The translations under genes were made by a program, and so were the position numbers. The notes beneath the pieces were generated by a model. The model was not told where the DNA came from and did no database searches. It worked only from the letters and a program-made list of their open reading frames with translations. Below, piece by piece: positions 40,612 to 54,870 of a stretch of 64,000 nt of DNA. Origin of the DNA: Octopus sinensis. Taxonomy: Eukaryota. Position 1 is the first letter of the stretch, and every line of letters begins with the position of its first letter. The DNA is taken from the NCBI RefSeq assembly GCF_006345805.1, contig NC_043002.1, positions 107,136,001-107,200,000 of the forward strand, read 5' to 3'.

Positions 40612-41231
40612 TGTTTGTATGTATGTATGTATGTATGTATGTATGTATGTATGTATGTATGTATGTATGTATGTATGTATGTATGTCTGTATGTATGTAT
40701 GTATGTACGTACGTACGTACGTATGTATGTATGTATGTATGTCTGTATGTATGTATGTATGTACGTACGTACGTATGTATGTATGTATGTATGTATGTAT
40801 GTTTGTATGTATGTATGTATGTATGTATGTATGTATGTCTGTATGTATGTATGTATGTATGTATGTATGTATGTATGTCTGTCTGTATGTATGTATGTAT
40901 GTATGTATGTATGTATGTCTGTATGTATGTATGTATGTATGTATGTATGTATGTATGTACGTACGTACTACGTATGTATGTAGTATGTATTATGTATGTC
41001 TGTATGTATGTATGTATGTATGTATGTATGTATGTACGTACGTATGTATTATGTATGTATGTAGTATGTCTGTATTATGTCGTATGTATGTATGTATGTA
41101 TGTATGTATGTATGTATGTATGTATGTATGTATGTATGTATGTATGTATGTACGTACGTACGTATGTATGTATGTATGTATGTCTGTATGTATGTATGTT
41201 GGATATGTATGTATGTATGTACGTACGTATG

Positions 41232-41265
<34 letters not shown>

Positions 41266-41330
41266 CGTACGTACGTACGTACGTACGTACGTATGTATGT
41301 ATGTATGTATGTATGTATGTATATATGTAT
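40578..41330. repeat. (TATG)n/(TACG)n microsatellite
   Basis: Direct inspection. Confidence 0.97.
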
Positions 41331-41466
41331 GTGTGCGTGTGTGTGTGATGTGAAGTGTGTAGCTTATAATGTGTATAACAAACAAACGTTTAAGAGAATG
41401 ACAACTCGTATGTGTATGATTAATAGTACATTTTTTTATGTATGTATGCTCATGTGTGTGTCTCTG

Positions 41467-41499
<33 letters not shown>

Positions 41500-41879
41500 T
41501 GTGTCTGTGTGTGTGTTCCTGAGTGTGTGTGTGTGTGTGGTGTATGCGTGTGTGAATGAGAAAGATTTCGTAAAATAGTCTCTCTCTGCCGAATGTGTAG
41601 GCCGGGTTTGGAAGGGGTGGGGGTGAGGTAGGAAGTGGGAGACGTCAGGGGTGGAGGCGTTAGAGGAGTGTGAGGGGTAGGGGCCGGGTTTGGTCTGTGG
41701 GGTGGCATGCTGCTGCTGCTGTTGGTGGTGGTGGTGGTGATGCTGGCGGTGGTGGTTGTGCTAACAAGTGGTAGAGAGAGATGCCGATGTTTTAGAAATG
41801 GTACGAGAGAGGGCGCTACTTATATTTTTTTTTTAAATGTTCGTAGGGTGTGGTATGAGAAAAATAGAAGTGATGGTGG

Positions 41880-42340
41880 GTGGTGATGCTATTGGTGGTA
41901 TGGTAGTGGAGGTGGCGGCGGCGGTGGTGGTAGTGCTGGTGGGTAGTAGTAGTAGTAGTAGTAGTAGTAGATATGAATGTGTTGGTGGTGACGATGACGA
42001 CAACAACGTTGATGATGATGCTGCTGCTGCTGCTGCTGGTGATGATGATGATGACTACGACGATGATGATGCTGGTGGTGGTGGTGATGATGATGATGAT
42101 GATGGTGGTGGTGATGATGATGATGATGGTGATGGTGATGGTGGTGGTGATGATGATGATGATGATGGTGATGGTGATGGTGGTGGTGATGATGATGATG
42201 ATGATGGTGAATGTGGTGGATGGTGGTGGTAGTAGTTGTGATAGTGATGATGATGATGATGATGATGATGACGACGACGATGACGATGATGATGATGCTG
42301 GTGGTGGTGGTGGTGGTGGTGGTGGTGATGAGGATGATTG
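41880..42340. repeat. (GAT)n/(GGT)n mixed trinucleotide tract
   Basis: Direct inspection. Confidence 0.92.
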
Positions 42341-42869
42341 AAGCAGTAATACGAGTTGCTGCTGTTGAAAGATATTTTTTGGAGGTTTTTTTGCTGTCGC
42401 TTTTGATGCTGCTGCTGTTGTTGTTGTTGTTGTGTTTTAGCAATGGTGAGAGAATGGTAAGTGGGTGGGATGGGGGGGGGTGATAATAGGTGCTGATTTG
42501 AGATCACTCTGATGGTAGTGGTGATGGTGGCTGTGATGGCGCTGGTGCTGGTGGCGAAGTGGTGGTGATGGTGATGGTGGTGATGGTTATTATATATTCT
42601 GATGTGGATCGCCAGAGCTAATCTCATGCCGACACATTCAATACAGCGAACATTAAAAGGCTAATTAGAAATAATTATGCAGAGAAAGGGAAAAACCAAA
42701 ATATTAATCAATCAATTATTTCCACAAATTCGTGAGTCAACCCTCAAGATGTTCTGGTCTTATTCTGACCTCTTCAGCGAATCAGAGACTTCGCTGAGCT
42801 TGCCAATGTAAGGATGATTAAACCATGAAGTAGACATACAAGATGGTCATAGGCGTGTCTATGATGATC

Positions 42870-44250
42870 GGTGGTGGTGGTGGTGGTGGTGGAGGTGGAG
42901 GTGGTGGTGGTCGTGGTGGTGGTGATAGTGGTGGTGGTGGTGGTGGTGGTAGTGGTGGTGGTGGTAGTGGTGGTGGTGGTATTGGTGTGGTGGTGGTGGT
43001 GGGTGGTAGTGGTGTGGTGGTGTGTGTTGTGGTGGTTGTGGTAGTGGTGGTGGTGGTGGTGGTATGGTGGTGGCGGTGGCGTGGTGATGTGGTGGTAGTG
43101 GTGTTGGGGGGTGATGGTGGTGGTAGTGGTGGTGGGTGGTAGTGGTAGTGGTGGTGGTGGTAGTGGTGGTGGTGGTAGTGGTAGTGGTTGGTGGTGGTGT
43201 AGTGGTGGTGGCGGTGGCGGTGGTTGATGGTGGTGGGGTGGTGGTGGGGTGGTGGTAGTGGTTGTGGTGGTGTAGTGGTGTGTGGTGGTGGTGGTGGAGG
43301 TGGAGGTGGTGGTGTCGTGGTGTGGTGAGTGTGGTAGTGGTGGTGGTGGTGGTAGTGGTATTGTTGGTGGTGGTGGTGGTGGTGGTGGTAGTGGTGGTGG
43401 TGGGTGGTAGTGGTGGTGGGTGGTAGTGGTAGTGGTGGTGGTGGTGTGGTAGTGGTGGTGGTAGTGGTAGTGGTTGGTGGTGGTGGTGGTGGTGGTGGTA
43501 GTGGTGGTGGCGGTGGCGGTGGTGATGGTGGTGGTGGTGGTGTGGTGGTGGTAGTGGTTGTGGTGCTGGTAGTGTGGTGGTGGTGGTGTGGAGGTGGAGG
43601 TGAGGTGGTGGTGGTCGTGGTGGTGGTGATAGTAGTAGTGGTGGTGTGGTGGTAGTGGTGGTGGCGGTGGCGGTGGTGATGGTGGGGTGGTGGTGGGTGG
43701 TGGTAGTGGTTGTGGTGCTGGTAGTGGTGGTGGTGGTGGTGGTGGAGGTGGAGGTGGTGGTCGTGGTGGTGGTGATAGTGTAGTGGTGGTGGTGGTGGTA
43801 GTGGTAGTTGTGGTGGTGGTGGTGGTGGTGGTGTGGTAGTGGTGGTGGTGGTGGTGGTGGAGGTGGAGGTGGTGGTGGTCGTGGTGGTGGTGGAGGTGGA
43901 GGTGGTGGTGGTGGTGGTAGTGGTGGTCTGGTGGTGGTTGGTGGTGGAGGTGGAGGTGTGGTGGTGGTGTGGTGGGATAGTGGTAGTGGTGGTGGGGTGG
44001 TGTAGTGGTAGTGGTGGTGGGGTGGTGGTGGTGGTGGTGGTAGTGGTAGTGGTGGTGGTGGGGTGGTGAGGTGGAGGTGGTCGTGGTCGTGTGTGGTGAT
44101 AGTGGTAGTGGTGGTGGTGGTGGTAGTGGTAGTGGTGGTGGTGGTGGTGGTGGTAGTGGTGGTGGCGGTGGCGGTGGTGATGGTGGTGGTGGTGGTGGTG
44201 GTGGTGGTGGTGGTGGTGGTGGTGGTTGTGGTGGTGGTAGTGGTGGTGGC
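42870..44250. repeat. (GGT)n-derived tract, ~1.4 kb
   Basis: Direct inspection. Confidence 0.95.
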
Positions 44251-44811
44251 GTGTCTAGAACATTGTTGTGGTGACGCTGAAGTGTCATAATGGTGGATAT
44301 TGTAGCGGCTGTGGTTGAAGCTGTAGAACCGATTGTATGTTCTGTGTGAGATCTGATGCAGCTTAAACCCCCCCCCCCCCTCATAAAGAGAGTGGATGGA
44401 GTCTCTACGAACCTTGGATGGTAATCCATCGGTGATGGTCATCTTGTGATGGTGTCACGAAAAAATAAAGCGCAACTTAAACAACTTGCATGAGTGAAAT
44501 GTCTGAAGGAAATATGATAATGATTAATGTAAAGGTGGCTGGACAACTGACGAAGGGAATGTTCTTTATGTTGCCTGTTTCATTTCTCTATTTTTTTCTT
44601 TCGTTGTTCGAAAAAAAGTTTGTTTTCCATGCTTTTGTTTTTTATGTTCTCGTTTCTCATTTTGTTCAGGTTTTTTTTTACGTCCTGTATCCATATATAC
44701 ATGTATATATAATATTATATGTAGGCATGTACATGTATGTGTTTATATATGTATATATATTATTATATATATATATACATATATATATATACACACACAC
44801 ACATAATATAC

Positions 44812-44867
<56 letters not shown>

Positions 44868-44875
44868 GTGTGTGT

Positions 44876-44921
<46 letters not shown>

Positions 44922-44926
44922 TATAA

Positions 44927-44959
<33 letters not shown>

Positions 44960-44961
<2 letters not shown>

Positions 44962-45141
44962 GGAGTAAGGAAGTAAACACAAAAATGTGAAACAAGGTGG
45001 AAAAAAGAGTACTCAAATACCAGGGGTAGAGTAACATGTTCCCGTTCGTCGGACAGTTTTTGTTAACAAAAACTGTCCGACGAACGGGAAGTGAAACTCC
45101 GAGTAACAGGTTTTGTTGAATTTCTGCTGCTTTAAATAAAG

Positions 45142-45145
<4 letters not shown>
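44960..45145 (+). mobile_element. Penelope-like end fragment with a perfect 52-bp palindrome and a variant hammerhead
   Basis: Palindrome 45039-45090; CTGT-CCGACGA-AC..GT-GAAA-CTCCGAG-TA-ACAG. Confidence 0.55.
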
Positions 45146-45171
<26 letters not shown>

Positions 45172-45173
<2 letters not shown>

Positions 45174-46359
45174 AGTAAATAGACAGCTTTAATTTTCAAA
45201 ATCTTTTATTTAATATGCAAAGCAAATAATTGAAATGCAATCGATAGGTAGGACTACATACTTTAGTATCTAGTTGACATTCCCTTTGCAGTTTTTAGTT
45301 CAGAAACTCTTTTTGGAATTGAACTGATGAGCTTTGTGATTGTCTCTTGTAGAATTTCTGCCCACTTTTCATGCAACAATTGAAACAATTCATCTTTATA
45401 TTTAGGCGTTTGTTGAGTTTGTCGTGTAGCTCTATCAAGTATTCTCCAAAGATTTTCAATTGGGTTCATGTCAGGAGATTGGCTCAGCCAAGGAAGCTTT
45501 TTGATCCCATTTTCAGTCAGCCATTGTTGATTCCTTTTTGTTGTGTGGCATGGAGCCCCATCTTCCATGAATAAAATCTCATTTTTCCTTATGTTATCGT
45601 GTGAATACATCGGAAGTAGTCCTTGCTTAAGTATTTCGATGTATTTTTCAGAGTTTATGGTTCCAACACATTCGATCAGCTCAGAAGGAAAATTTCTGGT
45701 GACAGCTCCCTGTACCATTACAGAGATACCGCCATGTTTCACAGTTGATTGGAGTCGTTTCAAATCAAATTCTTGATTGGGAAGCCTCCAGACCCAAACA
45801 CGTCCAATGTCTGGTAATAATGCAAATCTGGATTCACCTGAGAAAATCACTCTATCCCAAAATGAACTGGATTTTTCTGAGATCTCCTTTGCGCATTTCT
45901 TTCTTTTCATGATATTAATTGGTTGAAGGAGAGATTTTCTTCTAGCTGCTTGTCCATAATACCCAAGCTAATGCAGATATGTAACACACGTTCTTGGACT
46001 AACTTCTAGCTGCTTTGCAATGCCAGAAGCCTTCGAACGGAGTTCGTTTTCCACAATTCTCTTCCTTTCCGAGGACCCCAGGTTAGCTGGGACAAGAATC
46101 TGTTGATTCTTTTCCTTGGCTTTTGAATTGCACTATAATTCTATTATAGTAGCAAAAGGAATTTGAAGATTTTTGGCAACTTTTTGTTGGCTAAGAACAG
46201 CCTCAGATTGCCCAACAATACGACCTCTTTGAAAATTTAACAGTTCTGCTGAATTTTTTGGGCGTGGCATGGTTACTTTTCACAAATGTTTAATATAATG
46301 GTACCTGGAATGAAAAAGAATAATTTGAAAATTAAAGGTGTCTATTTACTTTCTGCATG

Positions 46360-46363
<4 letters not shown>
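45172..46363 (-). mobile_element. Tc1-family (DD34E) transposon, decayed
   Basis: TIR AAGTAAATAGACA(G/C)CTTTAATTTTCAA; start MPRPKNSAELLNFQRGRIVG at 46270; ORF 45263-45910 with FSGESRF, EDGAPCH, SPDMNPIENLW. Confidence 0.92.
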
Positions 46364-46399
<36 letters not shown>

Positions 46400-46521
46400 T
46401 TCAGTTGAATATGGTACTTAAGTTAAAGGCACCAGAATTTAATATGGTATTATCCATATAATTCAAAATGGGGTGATTACAATTAAAATAAGCAACAAGG
46501 ATATCCAGATATATATATATA

Positions 46522-47662
46522 TCAGGCCATCCCATAAGTTCTGTCCGATTTTACCTTATTTAAAATTGAATGAAATTTAATAGTATTTTAGAATGTCTAA
46601 TGGAATTTAAAATTATTTTTATGCATTTGTGTACATTTAAACTAATTAAATATTATTTTACAGAATAATAGAATTCAGAATTTCTTTGATTAAAACCCTT
46701 TCTAACATAGAAGTATCCAAAGAGCATTTGAGGCACATAATACTTTATGAGTATAAAAAAGGAAACTCTGTAGCAGAAGCGACTCGAAACATACACTCAG
46801 TTTATGGGAAAGAATGCTTGAATGAAAAAACTTGCAAAAGATGGTTTGCAAAATTCAGAAGTAGAGACTTCAGCCTTGAAGATGAAGATCAAACAGGACA
46901 TCCAGTTGAGTTTGATAATAAGCTCTTTGAGGCATTACTTGAAGAAAATCCTGCATTATCAGTTGAAGAATTGGCAATAAAGCTTTGTTCAAACCATACA
47001 ACTGTTCATTGTCATCTTCAACAACATGGAAAGGTTCCTAACCTTGGAAAATGGTTGCCTCATGAATTGTCCGAAAGCAACCGCAAATTCTGAGTTGACA
47101 TCTGCTCTTCTCTCCATTCTTGCAAACTCATTTCATCCTTTTTAGATAGACTTGTGACTGGTGACAAAAAATGGATCTTCTATCAAAATGTTAAACGTCG
47201 TAAACAGTGGCTTGGTGAAAGGAAAAAAGCTCAACCACAACCGAGAAGGGAACTTCATAGGAAAAAGGTTCTTCTCTCTATCTGGTAGGATTGCAAAGGA
47301 GTAATTCATTTTGAATTGTTACCACCTAATGCAACAATCAATGCTCAAGTCTACTGTCAGCAATTAGAGCATTTGAACCAAGCTTTGAAAAAAGAAAAGA
47401 CCCACTTTAGTGAATCGGAAAAGAGTGATGTTTCATCAGGACAATGCACAACCCCATACTGCAAAGATCACATGATAGAAGATGGAAGAGCTTGGTTGGG
47501 AAAAAATTCTTCAACCACCTTATTCTTCCGACCTTGCTCCTTCAGACTATCATTTGTTTCGTAGTCTACAGAATCATTTGGGGGACATAACTTTTGCAAA
47601 CCAAGAGGAGGTTGAAACTGACATTTCAGAGTTCTTTGCTTTGAAACCAAAAGATGACCTGA
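46522..47662 (+). mobile_element. Mariner (DD34D) transposon, decayed, 3' deleted
   Basis: Motifs WLPHEL, VTGDKKW, HQDNA, PPYSSDLAPSDYHLF across broken frames; ends TCAGGCCATC / GATGACCTGA in TA runs. Confidence 0.92.
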
Positions 47663-47674
47663 TATATATATATA

Positions 47675-48086
47675 CTCTTTTACTCTTTTACTCTTTTACT
47701 TGTTTCAGTCATTTGACTGCGGCCATGCTGGAGCACCGCCTTTAGTCGAGCAAATCGACCCTGGGACTTATTCTTTGTAAGCCCAGTACTTATTCTATCG
47801 GTCTCTTTTTTGCCGAACCGCTAAGTGATGGGGACGTAAACACACCAGCATCGGTTGTCAAACAATGCTAGGGGGACAAACACAGACACACAAACACACA
47901 CATACATATATATACATATATACGACGGGCTTCTTTCAATTTCCGTCTACCAAATCCACTCACAAGGCATTGGTCGGCCCGGGGCTATAGCAGAAGACAC
48001 TTGCCCAAGGTGCCATGCAGTAGGACTGAACCCGGAACCATGTGGTTGGTTAGCAAGCTACTTACCACACAGCCACTCCTGCACCT
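47675..48086 (-). mobile_element. SINE family A
   Basis: Full-length match. Confidence 0.9.
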
Positions 48087-48098
48087 ATATATATATAT

Positions 48099-49105
<1,007 letters not shown>

Positions 49106-49128
49106 AATATATACATATATATATATAT

Positions 49129-49266
49129 TCGGTTCGGCAAAAGAGGCCGATAAAATAAGTAATAGGCTTACAAAGAATAAGTCCTAGGGTCGATGTGCTC
49201 GACTAAAGGCAGTGCTCCGGCATGGCCACAGTCAAAGGACTGAAACAAGTAAAAGAGTAAAAGAGT
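49129..49266 (+). mobile_element. SINE family A 3' fragment
   Basis: Match to family tail. Confidence 0.85.
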
Positions 49267-49284
49267 ATATATATATATATGTAC

Positions 49285-49566
49285 ATCTGGCAATGTTTCT
49301 ACAGATGGATGCCCTTCCTAACGCCAACCACTCCGTGAGTGTAGTGGGTGCATTTTTTTTTTTTTTTAGGTTGCACATAAAAAGCACCCACTACACTCAC
49401 GGAGTGGTTGGCATTAGGAAGGGCATCCAGCTGTAGAAACATTGCCAGATAAGACTGGAGCCTGGTGCAGCCTTCTGGCTTCCCAGATCCCCGGTCGAAC
49501 TGTCCAACCCATGCTAGCATGGGGAACGGACGTTAAACGATGATGATGATGATGATGATGATGATG
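49285..49566 (+). mobile_element. Retroposon family E ((GAT)n tail) with an inverted duplication at its 5' end
   Basis: GGTTGGCATTAGGAAGGGCATCCAGC..GGACGTTAAAC(GAT)n; 49285-49351 is the reverse complement of 49384-49450. Confidence 0.8.
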
Positions 49567-50147
49567 TTTACCAGCCTATCTATATTTGTAACACAGACAT
49601 TGCACAAGCCGAAATAAAAACCAAAACAAAAACACCACATTCTGAAGCAGAAACAACAACAACATCAATAACAGCTAAAACAACAATACAAAAACTAAAA
49701 GAAAATAAAATAAACATAAAAACGGAATAGGAAAAAGAAAATTCCAAAAAAAATAACAAATCTGCAAGTTTTATAAAATTAGAAACCATTTCTTTTCAAA
49801 GAAAAAAACCGAAACTGTTGCTGAGATGACATCACAAGATCAGAAAGTTTGATAATATTCTTTATTTACTGGTATCGTTCTATGTTCTACCATTGCTTCT
49901 TAGCAGTTTATACCAAAGACAAGAGTGGAATGGTATGAAGGAATTTGGTATGTAAAGAGAAAGAAAAAGAGAGAGGGTGAGAGAGAGTGAGTGAGAGTGT
50001 CAGAGAAAGAGAGCAAGTTTTTATTGCATATACAACAATAGTAAGCTGTGTATACATGAGCATTTACAAGTGCTCAGGTATATATATATATATATATAAA
50101 TATATATATAAAAATAAATATATATATATGGATTTATATGTATGTAA

Positions 50148-50186
<39 letters not shown>

Positions 50187-50538
50187 TAAAAATATATAAA
50201 TATATATTATAAATACACACACAGACACACACATATGTAGTTATATTTTTATGTTTGTTGAAATATACAAAAGCAGGAAGTACAAACATATATACATATA
50301 CATATATATATAATTCTTTGTAATCGGGATTACCATTTTGACAGATAATCTTATGAAAACTCTCTGGTAAGCAGCTGTTTTCTTTAAAATATATTTCTTT
50401 TCAGATGAAAGAAGTGAAAAAAAGAAATGTTTAAATATTTATTTGCAGTTAATTTTGAGAAGAGAAGATGTTTGATAATTGTATAAATTTTTAGATTTAT
50501 TTTCTAAAAAAAAAAATTTGAAACAATCATTGTGTTTG

Positions 50539-50579
<41 letters not shown>

Positions 50580-50755
50580 ACGCATGCATGCATGCAATTT
50601 AATTTTAATCTTTCAGTCAGGAGAAAAGGCTGTGCCCATCCCCTTTAAGAATCCTGCCAAAACAGGGATTGGGGAGGTATCCTGAAACAAGAATCCTGGC
50701 CTCAGTGCTTCCAACAGAAGATTCTGCTAAAGGCAGAATGTGTGAAAGTATATAT

Positions 50756-51081
50756 ATCATCGTCGTCATCATCATCATCATCATTATCGTTTAACGTCTG
50801 TTTTCCATGCTGGCATGGGTTGGATGGTTTGACTGGGGACTGGCGAGCCAGTGGCTGCACCAGGCTCCAATCTGATCTGGCAATGTTTCTACAGCTAGAT
50901 GCCCTTCCTAACGCCAGAAACTCCAAGAGTGTAGCGGGTGCTTTTTATGTGCCACCGGCACAGGAGCCAGTCAAGCGGGCCTGGCATCGATCACGTTCGG
51001 ATGGTACTTTTTACATGCTACTGGCGCAGGGGGTACTGGTATCGGCCACATTCAGTTGGTGCTTTTTACATGCCACAGGCA

Positions 51082-51085
<4 letters not shown>
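50756..51085 (-). mobile_element. Retroposon family E
   Basis: Reverse-complement match to 49384-49566, with longer 5' part. Confidence 0.8.
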
Positions 51086-51120
<35 letters not shown>

Positions 51121-51139
51121 ATATATATATATGCATCTT

Positions 51140-51487
51140 TTATCTTTAACTTGTGTCAGTTATTAGACTGTGGCCATACTGGGGCCACCTTCAAGAATCT
51201 TTAGTTGAATGAATCAAGCCCCAGTATTTTTTTAAGCCTGGTACCATTCTATCAAGCTCTTTCGCCAAATGCTAAGTTACAGGAACTTAAGCACACCACC
51301 ATGGTAGTGGGGGACACACACAAACACACACATTGGGTTTCTTTCTGCTTCTGTCTTCCAAATCCACTCACAAGGTTGGCCCAGGGCTATAGTAGAAGAC
51401 ACTTGCCAAAGGTACCACATAGTGGGACTGAACCCAGAACCATGTGATTGGGAAGCAAGCTTCTTGGCACACACCACACTTGCCTCT
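51140..51487 (-). mobile_element. Diverged SINE family A
   Basis: Degenerate match over full length. Confidence 0.75.
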
Positions 51488-51504
51488 ACAGATATTTATT
51501 GTTT

Positions 51505-51770
51505 GTATGTATGTATGTATGCATGTATGTATGTATGTATGTATGTATGTATGTATGTATGTATGTATGTATGTATGTATGTATGTATGTGTATGTATGT
51601 GTGTATGTATGTATGTATGTATGTATGTATGTATGTATGTGTATGTATGTGTGTATGTATGTGTATGTATGTATGTATGTATGTGTGTATGTATGTGTAT
51701 GTATGTATGTGTATGTATGTGTATGTATGTATGCATGTGTATGTATGTATATGTATGTATGCATATATGT
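51505..51770. repeat. (TATG)n microsatellite
   Basis: Direct inspection. Confidence 0.95.
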
Positions 51771-52289
51771 GTGTGTGTGTATATATATATACACACACAC
51801 ACACACACATGCACACACACACATGCACGTTTATATGTATGCATATTTGAAACTAAAATAGAATTTTTATCTCCATGAATTAAGTCAAAGTCTCTCAAAA
51901 CAAATTTCTTGTTTTTTTTTTTTTTTCATTCAGAATTAAGAAAGAATGAGAGTTAGGCGGGGCAATCAGGTTGGGTTTTCCTTATAAGGAAGTTTCCTAC
52001 TGCTCACACTAGCTCCTCCCTATAACACACATCATTCATCCATTCATCTAAAACCTTTTCCTTACTCATGGACAGCACACAAATAAAATGTTGGCTCTGC
52101 CTACAAATACTGAGTTTTACAGTTGCTGGTGACCTTTTGTGGCTTATGTTTATTGGGGGATGTATGGGTGAACCTCTTGGTTGTTTACAGGCCTGCTAGA
52201 AATAACTACAAAATTTCCCTCGACTCACTCTTTACCATTTTCAAAAAAAAGAATGTATTGGTTCATGTTCTTTGAGAATACACAACAAT

Positions 52290-52456
52290 AGACACAGGTG
52301 TGGCTCTGTAGTAAGTAGCTTGCTTACGAACCGCATGGTTCCGGGTTCAGTCCCACTGTGTGGCACCTTGGGCAAAGTGTCTTCTACTATAGCCTCGGGC
52401 CGACCAAAGCCTTGTGAGTGGATTTGGTAGATGGAAACTGAAAGAAGCCTGCCGTA

Positions 52457-52499
<43 letters not shown>

Positions 52500-52705
52500 A
52501 TATGTTTGTGTGTCTGTGTTTGTCCCCCCAGCATCACTTGACAACCGATGCTGGTGTGTTTATGTCCCTGTAATAGTGGTTCGGCAAAAGAGATCGATAG
52601 AATAAGTACTGGGCTTACAAAGAATAAGTCCTGGGGTCGATTTGCTCAACTAAAGGCGGTGCTCCAGCATGGCCGCAGTCAAATGACTGAAACAAGTAAA
52701 AGAGA
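52290..52705 (+). mobile_element. SINE family A
   Basis: Full-length match. Confidence 0.88.
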
Positions 52706-53910
52706 GAGAGAGAGAGAGTTGGAAGTCTACAAATAGGATTTGATGGTCACTGTTGGAATGGTATTGTTGAGAGGTTTAGTAATGGGTCTAAACAAGAACA
52801 TGATGACAACAGCAGCAGCGGCAACAACAACAACAACAACAACAGCTGCAGTAGCAGCAACAACAACAAAAACATCAACAGAGACAACAACAACATCATC
52901 GGCAACAGGAGCAATACCAAAAACAGACACATCTACTGAGTTGTCATGTAGTCACTCAACATGCTTGAAATAGCAGCCAAAGCTGCCCCAAATCACATTC
53001 CATGATCTTTAAAACAAAAGACTCTTCAGATTTACAACTTCGACAAAAAAAGAAAAAAAGATATTTTTTTATATGTTTTTAGTTAGGAGGGAAGGAAGCA
53101 GGGTCCATGATCTGGAAGCAGGGAGGGATCCTCAAATCTTTGCAGCAGAGGGGATTCCACCAAAAAACATCCAGGGTGCTAAGTAGAGCTTTTAAGCCTA
53201 GTCTCTATCACCCAAGAAGGGTCTACGGTTAAAATACTGTTGAACTCAGCTCTGGGATTAGGATTAATATGAGAGTTAAACAACAGCAGTAGCAACAACA
53301 ACACCAACTATACACCTCTACAACATAAACCAAAGTATATCTCAAAGACTTCCTCTTCATATTCTTCAGGTCGAAATACTTGTTGATGCTTCGCACTTCA
53401 CAAGGAAATCTCTAAATAGTCACTTGGCCAAACAGAAATAGTAACCAAATCTTCAAATTAAACCTTCATATCTTATAAAAGGAAAGAGACATCATAAGCA
53501 TTCTTTAATACCTACCATTTCTGTAGATTAGTGGTACTCAACCACTTTTTGCCTATGGACTCTTTTGACTCTTATTTTACTCTACTGGACCCTTTCAATG
53601 TCTAAAAAACCCTATTGTGCTTTTATAATCTAATATTATTAGGAATTATATTAAAAAGTTGTCAAAATATTTTGTGTATAATACAGTTCTATATTTAAGA
53701 GATGAGGAATTATTTACATTATTTACATTATTTACATTTGACAGATATTTGTGCTTATTTTGTTTGTTGTTAACACAACGTTTCAGCTGATATACCCTCC
53801 AGCCTTTAACAGGCATATGGCATAGTGGTTAAGAGTGCAGGCTACTAACCCCAAGATTCCGAGTTTGATTCCAGGCAGTGACCTGAATAATAATGATAAT
53901 AATAATAATA

Positions 53911-54074
53911 GTGCTGTTTATCTTGATATGAGATCACCATGTCGCGCACATATGGTTGTGATGCATGTGCCTGGTGTACCCTTATCAGACGGGTAGTCAT
54001 GATGGGTATATTGGGCTTCGTATATTTTACCCCAGTGTCACTTTGATGGCATGAACTGCTCTCTCACTCAATAA

Positions 54075-54105
<31 letters not shown>

Positions 54106-54760
54106 AATGATAATAATAATGCCCTGATGCAGTACCAGGATGCCCTGATGCAGTACCAGGATGCCCTGATGCAGTACCAGGATGCCCTGATGCAGTACCA
54201 GAATGCCCTGATGCAGTACCAGGCAGTGGCTCTCATGGCTTCTGATCTTAACTGATCGGAAGTGTTATCATGTACATTGTTTTGTCTTGATATAAAAGAT
54301 AGGCTACAGCAAATATTCTGCTCAATACCACAGATTTGCTTGTCAGTTGTTTGACCTTAACCAGTTGAGCATGTCCCTTAGTGGCTGACGATGTGTGCAT
54401 CTCTGATCACGAGCAGAAGTAGTGGGGGAGCATCATAGCCATGTGTTGAGAGGGATTCTTTGGGGTTTGAATAATTCACTTCTGGAAACATGGGTGTTTC
54501 GTTCATCATCCTTAAACAACCTTTATTCAGGGACCTTTTAAGCAGGATGGGTTACTCGACCAGAAGAAAATTCTAACTGGGCCCCACCTGCAAGGTCATA
54601 TGCTGTTTATCTTGATATGAGATCACCATGTCGCGCACATATGGTTGTGATGCATGTGTCTGGTGTACCCTTATCAGACGGGTAGTCATGATGGGTATAT
54701 TGGGCTTCATATATTTTACTCCAGTGTCACTTTGATGGCATGGACTGCTCTCTCACTCAA
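53911..54760 (+). mobile_element. Two copies of an (AAT)n-embedded non-coding element (short 53911-54070; long 54119-54760)
   Basis: 53912-54070 is nearly identical to 54601-54760; each is flanked by (AAT)n and ends CTCTCTCACTCA. Confidence 0.75.
54119..54223. repeat. Five tandem 21-bp units ATGCCCTGATGCAGTACCAGG
   Basis: Direct inspection. Confidence 0.95.
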
Positions 54761-54824
54761 TAATAATAATAATAATATCGAAAAATATCTTAGGAATGAG
54801 AACCCAGGTTCGAAATATCACCAA

Positions 54825-54870
54825 GACACCTGATGAAGGCTGGAGGGTATATCAGCTGAAACATTGTGTT
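54825..54870 (+). ncRNA. Minimal type I hammerhead motif (SINE D tail; stem III G>A change)
   Basis: GACAC-CTGATGA-A-GGCTG..CAGCT-GAAA-CATT-GTGTT. Confidence 0.65.

Noticed and set aside
42778-42807. 30-nt microexon candidate (RIRDFAELAN)
   Set aside because: Only AG/GTAAG signals, the branch-like CTGAC is too close to the AG, and there is no partner exon; expected by chance
42774-44442. 551- and 527-aa Pro/His/Thr-rich ORFs resembling extensin or mucin
   Set aside because: Translations of a (GGT)n tract with arbitrary frame drift and no domain
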